Shown here: positions 1 through 15,000 of the stretch, piece by piece
Numbering within the stretch: the stretch's first letter is position 1
Layout: the number at the start of each line of letters is the position of its first letter
Assembly: GCA_964016885.1 (NCBI GenBank)
Contig: OZ024740.1
Coordinates: 17,298,001 to 17,362,000, forward strand
DNA: 64,000 bases
Direction: 5' to 3'
Source of the DNA: Eledone cirrhosa
Lineage: Eukaryota
Made by a program: the position numbers and the translations under genes
Notes under the pieces: model-generated
Database searches by the model: none
Seen by the model: the letters and a program-made list of their open reading frames with translations, nothing else
Told to the model about the DNA's origin: nothing

Positions 1-3000
1 TAGTGTAGGGGCCACTGTAATAGTGATAGATGTGTAGTGTAGGGTCCACTGTAATAGTGATAGATGTATGTAGTGTAGGGGCCACTGTAATAGTGATAGA
101 TGTATGTGGTGTAGGGTCCACTGTAATAGTGATAGATGTGTGTGGTGTAGGGTCCACTGTAATAGTGATAGATGTGTGTGGTGTAGGGTCCACTGTAATA
201 GTGATAGATGTGTGTGGTGTAGGGTCCACTGTAATAGTGATAGATGTGTGTAGTGTAGGGTCCACTGTAATAGTGATAGATGTATGTAGTGTAGGGTCCA
301 CTGTAATAGTGATAGATGTATGTGGTGTAGGGTCCACTGTAATAGTGATAGATGTGTGTGGTGTAGGGTCCACTGTAATGGTGATAGATATGTGTGGTGT
401 AGGGTCCACTGTAATAGTGATAGATGAATGTGGTGTAGGGTCCACTGTAATAGTGATAGATGTATGTGGTGTAGGGTCCACTGTTATAGTGATAGATGTG
501 CGTGGTGTAGGGTCCACTGTAATAGTGATAGATGTGTGTGGTGTAGGGTCCACTGTAATAGTGATAGATGTGTAGTGTAGGGTCCACTGTAATAGTGATA
601 GATGTATGTAGTGTAGGGGCCACTGTAATAGTGATAGATGTATGTGGTGTAGGGTCCACTGTAATAGTGATAGATGTGTGTGGTGTAGGGTCCACTGTAA
701 TAGTGATAGATGTGTGTGGTGTAGGGTCCACTGTAATAGTGATAGATGTGTGTGGTGTAGGGTCCACTGTAATAGTGATAGATGTGTGTAGTGTAGGGTC
801 CACTGTAATAGTGATAGATGTATGTAGTGTAGGGTCCACTGTAATAGTGATAGATGTATGTGGTGTAGGGTCCACTGTAATAGTGATAGATGTGTGTGGT
901 GTAGGGTCCACTGTAATAGTGATAGATGTGTGTGGTGTAGGGTCCACTGTAATAGTGATAGATGTATGTGGTGTAGGGTCCACTGTAATTGTGATAGATG
1001 TGTGTGGTGTAGGGTCCACTGTAATAGTGATAGATGTGTGTAGTGTAGGGTCCACTGTAATAGTCATAGATGTATGTAGTGTAGGGTCCACTGTAATAGT
1101 GATAGATGTATGTAGTGTAGGGTCCACTGTAATAGTGATAGATGTGGTGTAGGGTCCACTGTAATAGTGATAGATGTGTGTGGTGTAGGGTCCACTGTAA
1201 TAGTGATAGATGTGTGTAGTGTAGGGTCCACTGTAATAGTGATAGATGTATGTGGTGTGGGGTCCACTGTAATAGTGATAGATGTATGTGGTGTAGGGTC
1301 CACTGTAATAGTGATAGATGTATGTGGTGTAGGGTCCACTGTAATAGTGATAGATGTATGTAGTGTAGGGTCCACTGTAATAGTGATAGATGTGTGTGGT
1401 GTAGGGTCCACTGTAATAGTGATAGATGTGTGTAGTGTAGGGTCCACTGTAATAGTGATATATGTGTGTAGTGTAGGGTCCACTGTAATAGTGATAGATG
1501 TGTGTAGTGTAGGGTCCACTGTAATAGTGATAGATGTATGTGGTGTAGGGTCCACTGTAATAGTGATAGATGTGTGTGGTGTGGGGTCCACTGTAATAGT
1601 GATAGATGTATATGGTGTAGGGTCCACTGTAATAGTGATAGACGTATGTGGTGTAGGGTCCACTGTAATAGTGATAGATGTGTGTGGTGTAGGGTCCACT
1701 GTAATAGTGATAGATGTGCGTGGTGTAGTGTCCACTGTAATAGTGATAGATGTGTGGTGTAGGGTCCACTGTAATAGTGATAGATGTGTGTGGTGTAGGG
1801 TCCACTGTAATAGTGATAGATGTGTGTGGTGTAGGGTCCACTGTAATAGTGATAGATGTATATGGTGTAGGGTCCACTGTAATAGTGATAGATGTATGTG
1901 GTGTAGGGTCCACTGTAATAGTGATAGATGTGTGTGGTGTAGGGTCCACTGTAATAGTGATAGATGTGTGTGGTGTAGGGTCCACTGTAATAGTGATAGA
2001 TGTGTGGTGTAGGGTCCACTGTAATAGTGATAGATGTGTGGTGTAGGGTCCACTGTAATAGTGATAGATGTGTGTGGTGTAGGGTCCACTGTAATAGTGA
2101 TAGATGTGCGTGGTGTAGTGTCCACTGTAATAGTGATAGATGTGTGGTGTAGGGTCCACTGTAATAGTGATAGATGTGTGTGGTGTTGGGTCCACTGTAA
2201 TAGTGATAGATGTGTGTGGTGTAGGGTCCACTGTAATAGTGATAGATGTGTGTGGTGTAGGGTCCACTGTAATTGTGATAGATGTATGTGGTGTAGGGTC
2301 CACTGTAATAGTGATAGATGTGTGTGGTGTAGGGTCCACTGTAATAGTGATAGATGTGTGTGGTGTAGGGTCCACTGTAATAGTGATAGATGTGTGGTGT
2401 AGGGTCCACTGTAATAGTGATAGATGTGTGGTGTAGGGTCCACTGTAATAGTGATAGATGTGTGTGGTGTAGGGTCCACTGTAACAGTGATAGATGTGCG
2501 TGGTGTAGTGTCCACTGTAATAGTGATAGATGTGTGGTGTAGGGTCCACTGTAATAGTGATAGATGTGTGTGGTGTTGGGTCCACTGTAATAGTGATAGA
2601 TGTGTGTGGTGTAGGGTCCACTGTAATAGTGATAGATGTGTGTGGTGTAGGGTCCACTGTAATTGTGATAGATGTGTGTGGTGTAGGGTCCACTGTAATA
2701 GTGATAGATGTGTGTGGTGTAGGGTCCACTGTAATAGTGATAGATGTGTGTGGTGTAGGGTCCACTGTAATAGTGATAGATGTGTGTAGTGTAGGGTCCA
2801 CTGTAATTGTGATATATGTATGTGGTGTAGGGTCCACTGTAATAGTGATAGATGTATGTGGTGTAGGGTCCACTGTAATAGTGATAGATGTATGTAGTGT
2901 AGGGTCCACTGTAATAGTGATAGATGTGTGTGGTGTAGGGTCCACTGTAATAGTGATAGATGTGTGTAGTGTAGGGTCCACTGTAATAGTGATATATGTG

Positions 3001-6000
3001 TGTAGTGTAGGGTCCACTGTAATAGTGATAGATGTGTGTAGTGTAGGGTCCACTGTAATAGTGATAGACGTATGTGGTGTAGGGTCCACTGTAATAGTGA
3101 TAGATGTGTGTGGTGTAGGGTCCACTGTAATAGTGATAGATGTGTGTGGTGTAGGGTCCACTGTAATAGTGATAGATGTATGTAGTGTAGGGTCCACTGT
3201 AATAGTGATAGATGTATGTGGTGTAGGGTCCACTGTAATAGTGATAGATGTATGTAGTGTAGGGTCCACTGTAATAGTGATAGATGTGTGTGGTGTAGGG
3301 TCCACTGTAATAGTGATAGATGTATGTGGTGTAGGGTCCACTGTAATAGTGATAGATGTATGTGGTTTCGGGTCCACTGTAATAGTGATAGATGTGTGTG
3401 GTGTAGGGTCCACTGTAATAGTGATAGATGTGTAGTGTTGGGTCCACTGTAATAGTGATAGATGTATGTGGTGTAGGGTCCACTGTAATAGTGATAGATG
3501 TATGTAGTGTAGGGTCCACTGTAATAGTGATAGATGTATGTGGTGTAGGGTCCACTGTAATAGTGATAGATGTGTAGTGTAGGGTCCACTGTAATAGTGA
3601 TAAATGTATGTAGTGTAGGGTCCACTGTAATAGTGATATATGTATGTAGTGTAGGGTCCACTGTAATAGTGATAGATGTGTGGTGTAGGGTCCACTGTAA
3701 TAGTGATAGATGTGTAGTGTTGGGTCCACTGTAATAGTGATAAATGTATGTAGTGTAGGGTCCACTGTAATAGTGATAGATGTATGTAGTGTAGGGTCCA
3801 CTGTAATAGTGATAGATGTATGTAGTGTAGGGTCCACTGTAATAGTGATAGATGTGTGGTGTAGGGTCCACTGTAATAGTGATAGATGTGTGTGGTGTAG
3901 GGTCCACTGTAATAGTGATAAATGTATGTAGTGTAGGGTCCACTGTAATAGTGATAGATGTATGTGGTTTTGGGTCCATTGTAATAGTGATAGATGTGTG
4001 TGGTGTAGGGTCCACTGTAATAGTGATAGATGTGTAGTGTAGGGTCCACTGTAATAGTGATAGATGTGTGTGGTGTAGGGTCCACTGTAATAGTGATAGA
4101 TGTGTAGTGTAGGGTCCACTGTAATAGTGATAGATGTGTGTGGTGTAGGGTCCACTGTAATAGTGATAGATGTATGTGGTTTTGGGTCCATTGTAATAGT
4201 GATAGATGTGTGTGGTGTAGGGTCCTCTGTAATAGTGATAGATGTGTGTGGTGTAGGGTCCACTGTAATAGTGATAGATGTGTGTAGTGTAGGGTCCACT
4301 GTAATAGTGATAGATGTGTGTGGTGTAGGGTCCACTGTAATAGTGATAGATGTGTGTGGTGTAGGGTCCACTGTAATAGTGATAGATGTGTGTGGTGTAG
4401 GGTCCACTGTAATAGTGATAGATGTGTGTAGTGTAGGGTCCACTGTAATAGTGATAGATGTGTGTTGTGTAGGGTCCACTGTAATAGTGATATATGTATG
4501 TAGTGTAGGGTCCACTGTAATAGTGATAGATGTATGTGGTGTAGGGTCCACTGTAATAGTGATATATGTATGTAGTGTAGGGGCCACTGTAATAGTGATA
4601 GATGTGTAGTGTAGGGTCCACTGTAATAGTGATAGATGTATGTAGTGTAGGGGCCACTGTAATAGTGATAGATGTATGTGGTGTAGGGTCCACTGTAATA
4701 GTGATAGATGTGTGTGGTGTAGGGTCCACTGTAATAGTGATAGATGTGTGTGGTGTAGGGTCCACTGTAATAGTGATAGATGTGTGTGGTGTAGGGTCCA
4801 CTGTAATAGTGATAGATGTGTGTAGTGTAGGGTCCACTGTAATAGTGATAGATGTATGTAGTGTAGGGTCCACTGTAATAGTGATAGATGTATGTGGTGT
4901 AGGGTCCACTGTAATAGTGATAGATGTGTGTGGTGTAGGGTCCACTGTAATGGTGATAGATATGTGTGGTGTAGGGTCCACTGTAATAGTGATAGATGTA
5001 TGTGGTGTAGGGTCCACTGTAATAGTGATAGATGTATGTGGTGTAGGGTCCACTGTTATAGTGATAGATGTGCGTGGTGTAGGGTCCACTGTAATAGTGA
5101 TAGATGTGGTGTAGGGTCCACTGTAATAGTGATAGATGTGTGTGGTGTAGGGTCCACTGTAATAGTGATAGATGTGTAGTGTAGGGTCCACTGTAATAGT
5201 GATAGATGTATGTAGTGTAGGGGCCACTGTAATAGTGATAGATGTATGTGGTGTAGGGTCCACTGTAATAGTGATAGATGTATGTGGTGTAGGGTCCACT
5301 GTAATAGTGATAGATGTATGTAGTGTAGGGTCCACTGTAATAGTGATAGATGTGTGTGGTGTAGGGTCCACTGTAATAGTGATAGATGTGTGTAGTGTAG
5401 GGTCCACTGTAATAGTGATATATGTGTGTAGTGTAGGGTCCACTGTAATAGTGATAGATGTGTGTAGTGTAGGGTCCACTGTAATAGTGATAGATGTATG
5501 TGGTGTAGGGTCCACTGTAATAGTGATAGATGTGTGTGGTGTGGGGTCCACTGTAATAGTGATAGATGTATATGGTGTAGGGGCCACTGTAATAGTGATA
5601 GACGTATGTGGTGTAGGGTCCACTGTAATAGTGATAGATGTGTGTGGTGTAGGGTCCACTGTAATAGTGATAGATGTGTGTGGTGTAGGGTCCACTGTAA
5701 TAGTGATAGATGTATGTGGTGTAGGGTCCACTGTAATAGTGATAGATGTATGTGGTGTAGGGTCCACTGTAATAGTGATAGATGTGTGTGGTGTAGGGTC
5801 CACTGTAATAGTGATAGATGTGTGTGGTGTAGGGTCCACTGTAATAGTGATAGATGTGTGGTGTAGGGTCCACTGTAATAGTGATAGATGTGTGGTGTAG
5901 GGTCCACTGTAATAGTGATAGATGTGTGTGGTGTAGGGTCCACTGTAATAGTGATAGATGTGCGTGGTGTAGTGTCCACTGTAATAGTGATAGATGTGTG

Positions 6001-9000
6001 GTGTAGGGTCCACTGTAATAGTGATAGATGTGTGTGGTGTAGGGTCCACTGTAATAGTGATAGATGTGTGTGGTGTAGGGTCCACTGTAATAGTGATAGA
6101 TGTATATGGTGTAGGGTCCACTGTAATAGTGATAGATGTATGTGGTGTAGGGTCCACTGTAATAGTGATAGATGTGTGTGGTGTAGGGTCCACTGTAATA
6201 GTGATAGATGTGTGTGGTGTAGGGTCCACTGTAATAGTGATAGATGTGTGTAGTGTAGGGTCCACTGTAATAGTGATAGATGTGTGGTGTAGGGTCCACT
6301 GTAATAGTGATAGATGTGTGTGGTGTAGGGTCCACTGTAATAGTGATAGATGTGTGTAGTGTAGGGTCCACTGTAATAGTGATAGATGTGTGGTGTAGGG
6401 TCCACTGTAATAGTGATAGATGTGTGGTGTAGGGTCCACTGTAATAGTGATAGATGTGTGTGGTGTAGGGTCCACTGTAATAGTGATAGATGTGCGTGGT
6501 GTAGTGTCCACTGTAATAGTGATAGATGTGTGGTGTAGGGTCCACTGTAATAGTGATAGATGTGTGTGGTGTTGGGTCCACTGTAATAGTGATAGATGTG
6601 TGTGGTGTAGGGTCCACTGTAATAGTGATAGATGTGTGTGGTGTAGGGTCCACTGTAATTGTGATAGATGTATGTGGTGTAGGGTCCACTGTAATAGTGA
6701 TAGATGTGTGTGGTGTAGGGTCCACTGTAATAGTGATAGATGTGTGTGGTGTAGGGTCCACTGTAATAGTGATAGATGTGTGTAGTGTAGGGTCCACTGT
6801 AATAGTGATAGATGTGTGGTGTAGGGTCCACTGTAATAGTGATAGATGTGTGGTGTAGGGTCCACTGTAATAGTGATAGATGTGTGTGGTGTAGGGTCCA
6901 CTGTAATAGTGATAGATGTGCGTGGTGTAGTGTCCACTGTAATAGTGATAGATGTGTGGTGTAGGGTCCACTGTAATAGTGATAGATGTGTGTGGTGTTG
7001 GGTCCACTGTAATAGTGATAGATGTGTGTGGTGTAGGGTCCACTGTAATAGTGATAGATGTGTGTGGTGTAGGGTCCACTGTAATTGTGATAGATGTATG
7101 TGGTGTAGGGTCCACTGTAATAGTGATAGATGTGTGTGGTGTAGGGTCCACTGTAATAGTGATAGATGTGTGTGGTGTAGGGTCCACTGTAATAGTGATA
7201 GATGTGTGGTGTAGGGTCCACTGTAATAGTGATAGATGTGTGGTGTAGGGTCCACTGTAATAGTGATAGATGTGTGTGGTGTAGGGTCCACTGTAACAGT
7301 GATAGATGTGCGTGGTGTAGTGTCCACTGTAATAGTGATAGATGTGTGTGGTGTAGGGTCCACTGTAACAGTGATAGATGTGCGTGGTGTAGTGTCCACT
7401 GTAATAGTGATAGATGTGTGTGGTGTAGGGTCCACTGTAATAGTGATAGATGTGTGTGGTGTAGGGTCCACTGTAATAGTGATAGATGTGTGTGGTGTAG
7501 GGTCCACTGTAATAGTGATAGATGTATGTGGTGTAGGGTCCACTGTAATAGTGATAGATGTATGTAGTGTAGGGTCCACTGTAATAGTGATAGATGTGTG
7601 TGGTGTAGGGTCCACTGTAATAGTGATAGATGTATGTGGTGTAGGGTCCACTGTAATAGTGATAGATGTGTGTGGTGTAGGGTCCACTGTAATAGTGATA
7701 GATGTGTGTGGTGTAGGGTCCACTGTAATAGTGATAGATGTATGTGGTGTAGGGTCCACTGTAATAGTGATAGATGTATGTGGTGTAGGGTCCACTGTAA
7801 TAGTGATAGATGTGTGTGGTGTAGGGTCCACTGTAATAGTGATAGATGTGTGTAGTGTAGGGTCCACTGTAATAGTGATAGATGTGTGTGGTGTAGGGTC
7901 CACTGTAATAGTGATAGATGTATGTGGTGTAGGGTCCACTGTAATAGTGATAGATGTATGTGGTGTAGGGTCCACTGTAATAGTGATAGATGTGTGTGGT
8001 GTAGGGTCCACTGTAATAGTGATAGATGTGTGGTGTAGGGTCCACTGTAATAGTGATAGATGTGTGGTGTAGGGTCCACTGTAATAGTGATAGATGTGTG
8101 TGGTGTAGGGTCCACTGTAATAGTGATAGATGTGCGTGGTGTAGTGTCCACTGTAATAGTGATAGATGTGTGGTGTAGGGTCCACTGTAATAGTGATAGA
8201 TGTGTGTGGTGTAGGGTCCACTGTAATAGTGATAGATGTGTGTGGTGTAGGGTCCACTGTAATAGTGATAGATGTATATGGTGTAGGGTCCACTGTAATA
8301 GTGATAGATGTATGTGGTGTAGGGTCCACTGTAATAGTGATAGATGTGTGTGGTGTAGGGTCCACTGTAATAGTGATAGATGTGTGTGGTGTAGGGTCCA
8401 CTGTAATAGTGATAGATGTGTGGTGTAGGGTCCACTGTAATAGTGATAGATGTGTGGTGTAGGGTCCACTGTAATAGTGATAGATGTGTGTGGTGTAGGG
8501 TCCACTGTAACAGTGATAGATGTGCGTGGTGTAGTGTCCACTGTAATAGTGATAGATGTGTGGTGTAGGGTCCACTGTAATGGTGATAGATGTGTGTGGT
8601 GTAGGGTCCACTGTAATAGTGATAGATGTGTGTGGTGTAGGGTCCACTGTAATAGTGATAGATGTGTGGTGTAGGGTCCACTGTAATGGTGATAGATGTG
8701 TGTGGTGTAGGGTCCACTGTAATAGTGATAGATGTGTGTGGTGTAGGGTCCACTGTAATAGTGATAGATGTGTGTGGTGTAGGGTCCACTGTAATTGTGA
8801 TAGATGTGTGTGGTGTAGGGTCCACTGTAATAGTGATAGATGTGTGTGGTGTAGGGTCCACTGTAATAGTGATAGATGTGTGTGGTGTAGGGTCCACTGT
8901 AATAGTGATAGATGTGTGTGGTGTAGGGTCCACTGTAATAGTGATAGATGTGTGTGGTGTAGGGTCCACTGTAATAGTGATAGATGTGTGTGGTGTAGGG

Positions 9001-12000
9001 TCCACTGTAATAGTGATAGATGTGTGTGGTGTAGGGTCCACTGTAATAGTGATAGATGTGTGTGGTGTAGGGTCCACTGTAATAGTGATAGATGTGTGTG
9101 GTGTAGGGTCCACTGTAATAGTGATAGATGTATGTAGTGTAGGGTCCACTGTAATAGTGATATATGTGTGTAGTGTAGGGTCCACTGTAATAGTGATAGA
9201 TGTGTGTGGTGTAGGGTCCACTGTAATAGTGATAGATGTGTGTAGTGTAGGGTCCACTGTAATAGTGATAGATGTATGTGGTGTGGGGTCCACTGTAATA
9301 GTGATAGATGTATGTGGTGTAGGGTCCACTGTAATAGTGATAGATGTGTGTGGTGTAGGGTCCACTGTAATAGTGATAGATGTATGTAGTGTAGGGTCCA
9401 CTGTAATAGTGATAGATGTATATGGTGTAGGGTCCACTGTAATAGTGATAGACGTATGTGGTGTAGGGTCCACTGTAATAGTGATAGATGTGTGTGGTGT
9501 AGGGTCCACTGTAATAGTGATAGATGTGTGTGGTGTAGGGTCCACTGTAATAGTGATAGATGTATGTGGTGTAGGGTCCACTGTAATAGTGATAGATGTA
9601 TGTGGTGTAGGGTCCACTGTAATAGTGATAGATGTGTGTGGTGTAGGGTCCACTGTAATAGTGATAGATGTGTGTGGTGTAGGGTCCACTGTAATAGTGA
9701 TAGATGTGTGGTGTAGGGTCCACTGTAATAGTGATAGATGTGTGGTGTAGGGTCCACTGTAATAGTGATAGATGTGTGTGGTGTAGGGTCCACTGTAATA
9801 GTGATAGATGTGCGTGGTGTAGTGTCCACTGTAATAGTGATAGATGTGTGGTGTAGGGTCCACTGTAATAGTGATAGATGTGTGTGGTGTAGGGTCCACT
9901 GTAATAGTGATAGATGTGTGTGGTGTAGGGTCCACTGTAATAGTGATAGATGTATATGGTGTAGGGTCCACTGTAATAGTGATAGATGTATGTGGTGTAG
10001 GGTCCACTGTAATAGTGATAGATGTGTGTGGTGTAGGGTCCACTGTAATAGTGATAGATGTGTGTGGTGTAGGGTCCACTGTAATAGTGATAGATGTGTG
10101 GTGTAGGGTCCACTGTAATAGTGATAGATGTGTGGTGTAGGGTCCACTGTAATAGTGATAGATGTGTGTGGTGTAGGGTCCACTGTAATAGTGATAGATG
10201 TGCGTGGTGTAGTGTCCACTGTAATAGTGATAGATGTGTGGTGTAGGGTCCACTGTAATAGTGATAGATGTGTGTGGTGTTGGGTCCACTGTAATAGTGA
10301 TAGATGTGTGTGGTGTAGGGTCCACTGTAATAGTGATAGATGTGTGTGGTGTAGGGTCCACTGTAATTGTGATAGATGTGTGTGGTGTAGGGTCCACTGT
10401 AATAGTGATAGATGTGTGTGGTGTAGGGTCCACTGTAATAGTGATAGATGTGTGTGGTGTAGGGTCCACTGTAATAGTGATAGATGTGTGTGGTGTAGGG
10501 TCCACTGTAATAGTGATAGATGTGTGTGGTGTAGGGTCCACTGTAATAGTGATAGATGTGTGTGGTGTAGGGTCCACTGTAATAGTGATAGATGTGTGTG
10601 GTGTAGGGTCCACTGTAATTGTGATAGATGTGTGTGGTGTAGGGTCCACTGTAATAGTGATAGATGTGTGTGGTGTAGGGTCCACTGTAATAGTGATAGA
10701 TGTGTGTGGTGTAGGGTCCACTGTAATAGTGATAGATGTGTGTGGTGTAGGGTCCACTGTAATTGTGATAGATGTGTGTGGTGTAGGGTCCACTGTAATA
10801 GTGATAGATGTGTAGTGTCCACTGTAATAGTGATAGATGTGTGTGGTGTAGGGTCCATTGTAATAGTGATAGATGTGTAGTGTAGGGTCCACTGTAATAG
10901 TGATAGATGTGTGTGGTGTAGGGTCCACTGTAATAGTGATAGATGTGTGTGGTGTAGGGTCCACTGTAATTGTGATAGATGTGTGTGGTGTAGGGTCCAC
11001 TGTAATAGTGATAGATGTGTGTGGTGTAGGGTCCACTGTAATAGTGATAGATGTATGTGGTGTAGGGTCCACTGTAATAGTGATAGATGTATGTGGTGTA
11101 GGGTCCACTGTAATAGTGATAGATGTATGTGGTGTAGGGTCCACTGTAATAGTGATAGATGTATGTGGTGTAGGGTCCACTGTAATAGTGATAGATGTAT
11201 GTGGTGTAGGGTCCACTGTAATAGTGATAGATGTATGTGGTGTAGGGTCCACTGTAATAGTGATAGATGTATGTGGTGTAGGGTCCACTGTAATAGTGAT
11301 AGATGTATGTAGTGTAGGGGCCACTGTAATAGTGATAGATGTGTGTGGTGTAGGGTCCACTGTAATAGTGATAGATGTGTGTGGTGTAGGGTCCACTGTA
11401 ATAGTGATATATGTATGTAGTGTAGGGGCCACTGTAATAGTGATAGATGTATGTGGTGTAGGGTCCACTGTAATAGTGATATATGTATGTAGTGTAGGGT
11501 CCACTGTAATAGTGATAGATGTATGTGGTGTAGGGTCCACTGTAATAGTGATAGATGTGTGTGGTGTAGGGTCCACTGTAATAGTGATAGATGTATGTGG
11601 TGTAGGGTCCACTGTAATAGTGATAGATGTATGTAGTGTAGGGGCCACTGTAATAGTGATAGATGTATGTGGTGTAGGGTCCACTGTAATAGTGATATAT
11701 GTATGTAGTGTAGGGTCCACTGTAATAGTGATAGATGTATGTGGTGTAGGGTCCACTGTAATAGTGATAGATGTATGTAGTGTAGGGGCCACTGTAATAG
11801 TGATAGATGTATGTGGTGTAGGGTCCACTGTAATAGTGATATATGTGTGTAGTGTAGGGTCCACTGTAATAGTGATAGATGTGTGTGGTGTAGGGTCCAC
11901 TGTAATAGTGATAGATGTGTGTGGTGTAGGGTCCACTGTAATAGTGATAGATGTATGTAGTGTAGGGTCCACTGTAATAGTGATAGATGTGGTGTAGGGT

Positions 12001-15000
12001 CCACTGTAATAGTGATAGATGTGTGTGGTGTAGGGTCCACTGTAATAGTGATTGATGTATGTGGTGTAGGGTCCACTGTAATAGTGATAGATGTATGTGG
12101 TGTAGGGTCCACTGTAATAGTGATAGATGTATGTGGTGTAGGGTCCACTGTAATAGTGATAGATGTATGTAGTGTAGGGTCCACTGTAATAGTGATAGAT
12201 GTGGTGTAGGGTCCACTGTAATAGTGATAGATGTGTGTGGTGTAGGGTCCACTGTAATAGTGATAGATGTGTGTAGTGTAGGGTCCATTGTAATAGTGAT
12301 AGATGTATGTGGTGAGGGGTCCACTGTAATAGTGATAGATGTGTGTAGTGTAGGGTCCACTGTAATAGTGATATATGTGTGTAGTGTAGGGTCCACTGTA
12401 ATAGTGATAGATGTGTGTGGTGTGGGGTCCATTAATAGTGATAGATGTGGTGTAGGGTCCACTGTAATAGTGATAGATGTGTGTGGTGTAGGGTCCACTG
12501 TAATAGTGATAGATGTGTAGTGTAGGGTCCACTGTAATAGTGATAGATGTATGTAGTGTAGGGTCCACTGTAATAGTGATAGATGTATGTAGTGTAGGGT
12601 CCACTGTAATAGTGATAGATGTATGTGGTGTAGGGTCCACTGTAATAGTGATAGATGTGTGTGGTGTAGGGTCCACTGTAATTGTGATAGATGTGTGTGG
12701 TGTAGGGTCCACTGTAATAGTGATAGATGTGTGTGGTGTAGGGTCCACTGTAATAGTGATAGATGTGTGTAGTGTAGGGTCCACTGTAATAGTGATAGAT
12801 GTGTGTGGTGTAGGGTCCACTGTAATAGTGATAGATGTATGTGGTGTAGGGTCCACTGTAATAGTGATAGATGTGTGTGGTGTAGGGTCCACTGTAATAG
12901 TGATAGATGTGTGTAGTGTAGGGTCCACTGTAATAGTGATAGATGTGTGTGGTGTAGGGTCCACTGTAATAGTGATAGATGTATGTAGTGTAGGGTCCAC
13001 TGTAATAGTGATAGATGTGTAGTGTAGGGTCCACTGTAATAGTGATAGATGTGTGTGGTGTAGGGTCCACTGTAATAGTGATAGATGTATGTGGTGTAGG
13101 GTCCACTGTAATAGTGATAGATGTATGTAGTGTAGGGTCCACTGTAATAGTGATAGATGTGTGTGGTGTAGGGTCCACTGTAATAGTTATAGATGTATGT
13201 GGTGTAGGGTCCACTGTAATAGTGATAGATGTATGTGGTTTTGGGTCCATTGTAATAGTGATAGATGTGTGTGGTGTAGGGTCCACTGTAATAGTGATAG
13301 ATGTGTGTGGTGTAGGGTCCACTGTAATAGTGATAGATGTGTGTGGTGTAGGGTCCACTGTAATAGTGATAGATGTGTGTGGTGTTGGGTCCACTGTAAT
13401 AGTGATAGATGTGTGTGGTGTAGGGTCCACTGTAATAGTGATAGATGTGTGTGGTGTAGGGTCCACTGTAATTGTGATAGATGTGTGTGGTGTAGGGTCC
13501 ACTGTAATAGTGATAGATGTGTGTGGTGTAGGGTCCACTGTAATAGTGATAGATGTGTGTGGTGTAGGGTCCACTGTAATAGTGATAGATGTGTGTGGTG
13601 TAGGGTCCACTGTAATAGTGATAGATGTGTGTGGTGTAGGGTCCACTGTAATAGTGATAGATGTGTGTGGTGTAGGGTCCACTGTAATAGTGATAGATGT
13701 GTGTGGTGTAGGGTCCACTGTAATAGTGATAGATGTATGTGGTGTAGGGTCCACTGTAATAGTGATAGATGTATGTAGTCTAGGGTCCACTGTAATAGTG
13801 ATAGATGTGTGTGGTGTAGGGTCCACTGTAATAGTGATAGATGTATGTGGTGTAGGGTCCACTGTAATAGTGATAGATGTATGTAGTGTAGGGTCCACTG
13901 TAATAGTGATAGATGTGTGTGGTGTAGGGTCCACTGTAATAGTGATAGATGTATGTGGTGTAGGGTCCACTGTAATAGTGATAGATGTGTGTGGTGTAGG
14001 GTCCACTGTAATAGTGATAGATGTATGTAGTGTAGGGTCCACTCTAATAGTGATAGATGTATGTGGTGTAGGGTCCACTGTAATAGTGATAGATGTGTTT
14101 GGTGTAGGGTCCACTGTAATAGTGATAGATGTGTGTGGTGTAGGGTCCACTGTAATAGTGATAGATGTATGTGGTGTAGGGTCCACTGTAATAGTGATAG
14201 ATGTATGTAGTGTAGGGTCCACTGTAATAGTGATAGATGTGTGTGGTGTAGGGTCCACTGTAATAGTGATAGATGTATGTGGTTTAGGGTCCACTGTAAT
14301 AGTGATAGATGTATGTGGTTTTGGGTCCATTGTAATAGTGATAGATGTGTGGTGTAGGGTCCACTGTAATAGTGATAGATGTATGTGGTTTTGGGTCCAT
14401 TGTAATAGTGATAGATGTGTAGTGTTGGGTCCACTGTAATAGTGATAGATGTATGTGGTGTAGGGTCCACTGTAATAGTGATAGATGTATGTAGTGTAGG
14501 GTCCACTGTAATAGTGATAGATGTATGTGGTGTAGGGTCCACTGTAATAGTGATAGATGTGTAGTGTAGGGTCCACTGTAATAGTGATAAATGTATGTAG
14601 TGTAGGGTCCACTGTAATAGTGATAGATGTGTAGTGTAGGGTCCACTGTAATAGTGATATATGTATGTAGTGTAGGGTCCACTGTAATAGTGATAGATGT
14701 ATGTGGTGTAGGGTCCACTGTAATAGTGATAGATGTGTAGTGTAGGGTCCACTGTAATAGTGATATATGTATGTAGTGTAGGGTCCACTGTAATAGTGAT
14801 AGATGTATGTAGTGTAGGGTCCACTGTAATAGTGATAAATGTATGTGGTGTAGGGTCCACTGTAATAGTGATAGATGTGTAGTGTAGGGTCCACTGTAAT
14901 AGTGATATATGTATGTAGTGTAGGGTCCACTGTAATAGTGATAGATGTGTGGTGTAGGGTCCACTGTAATAGTGATAGATGTGTCGTGTTGGGTCCACTG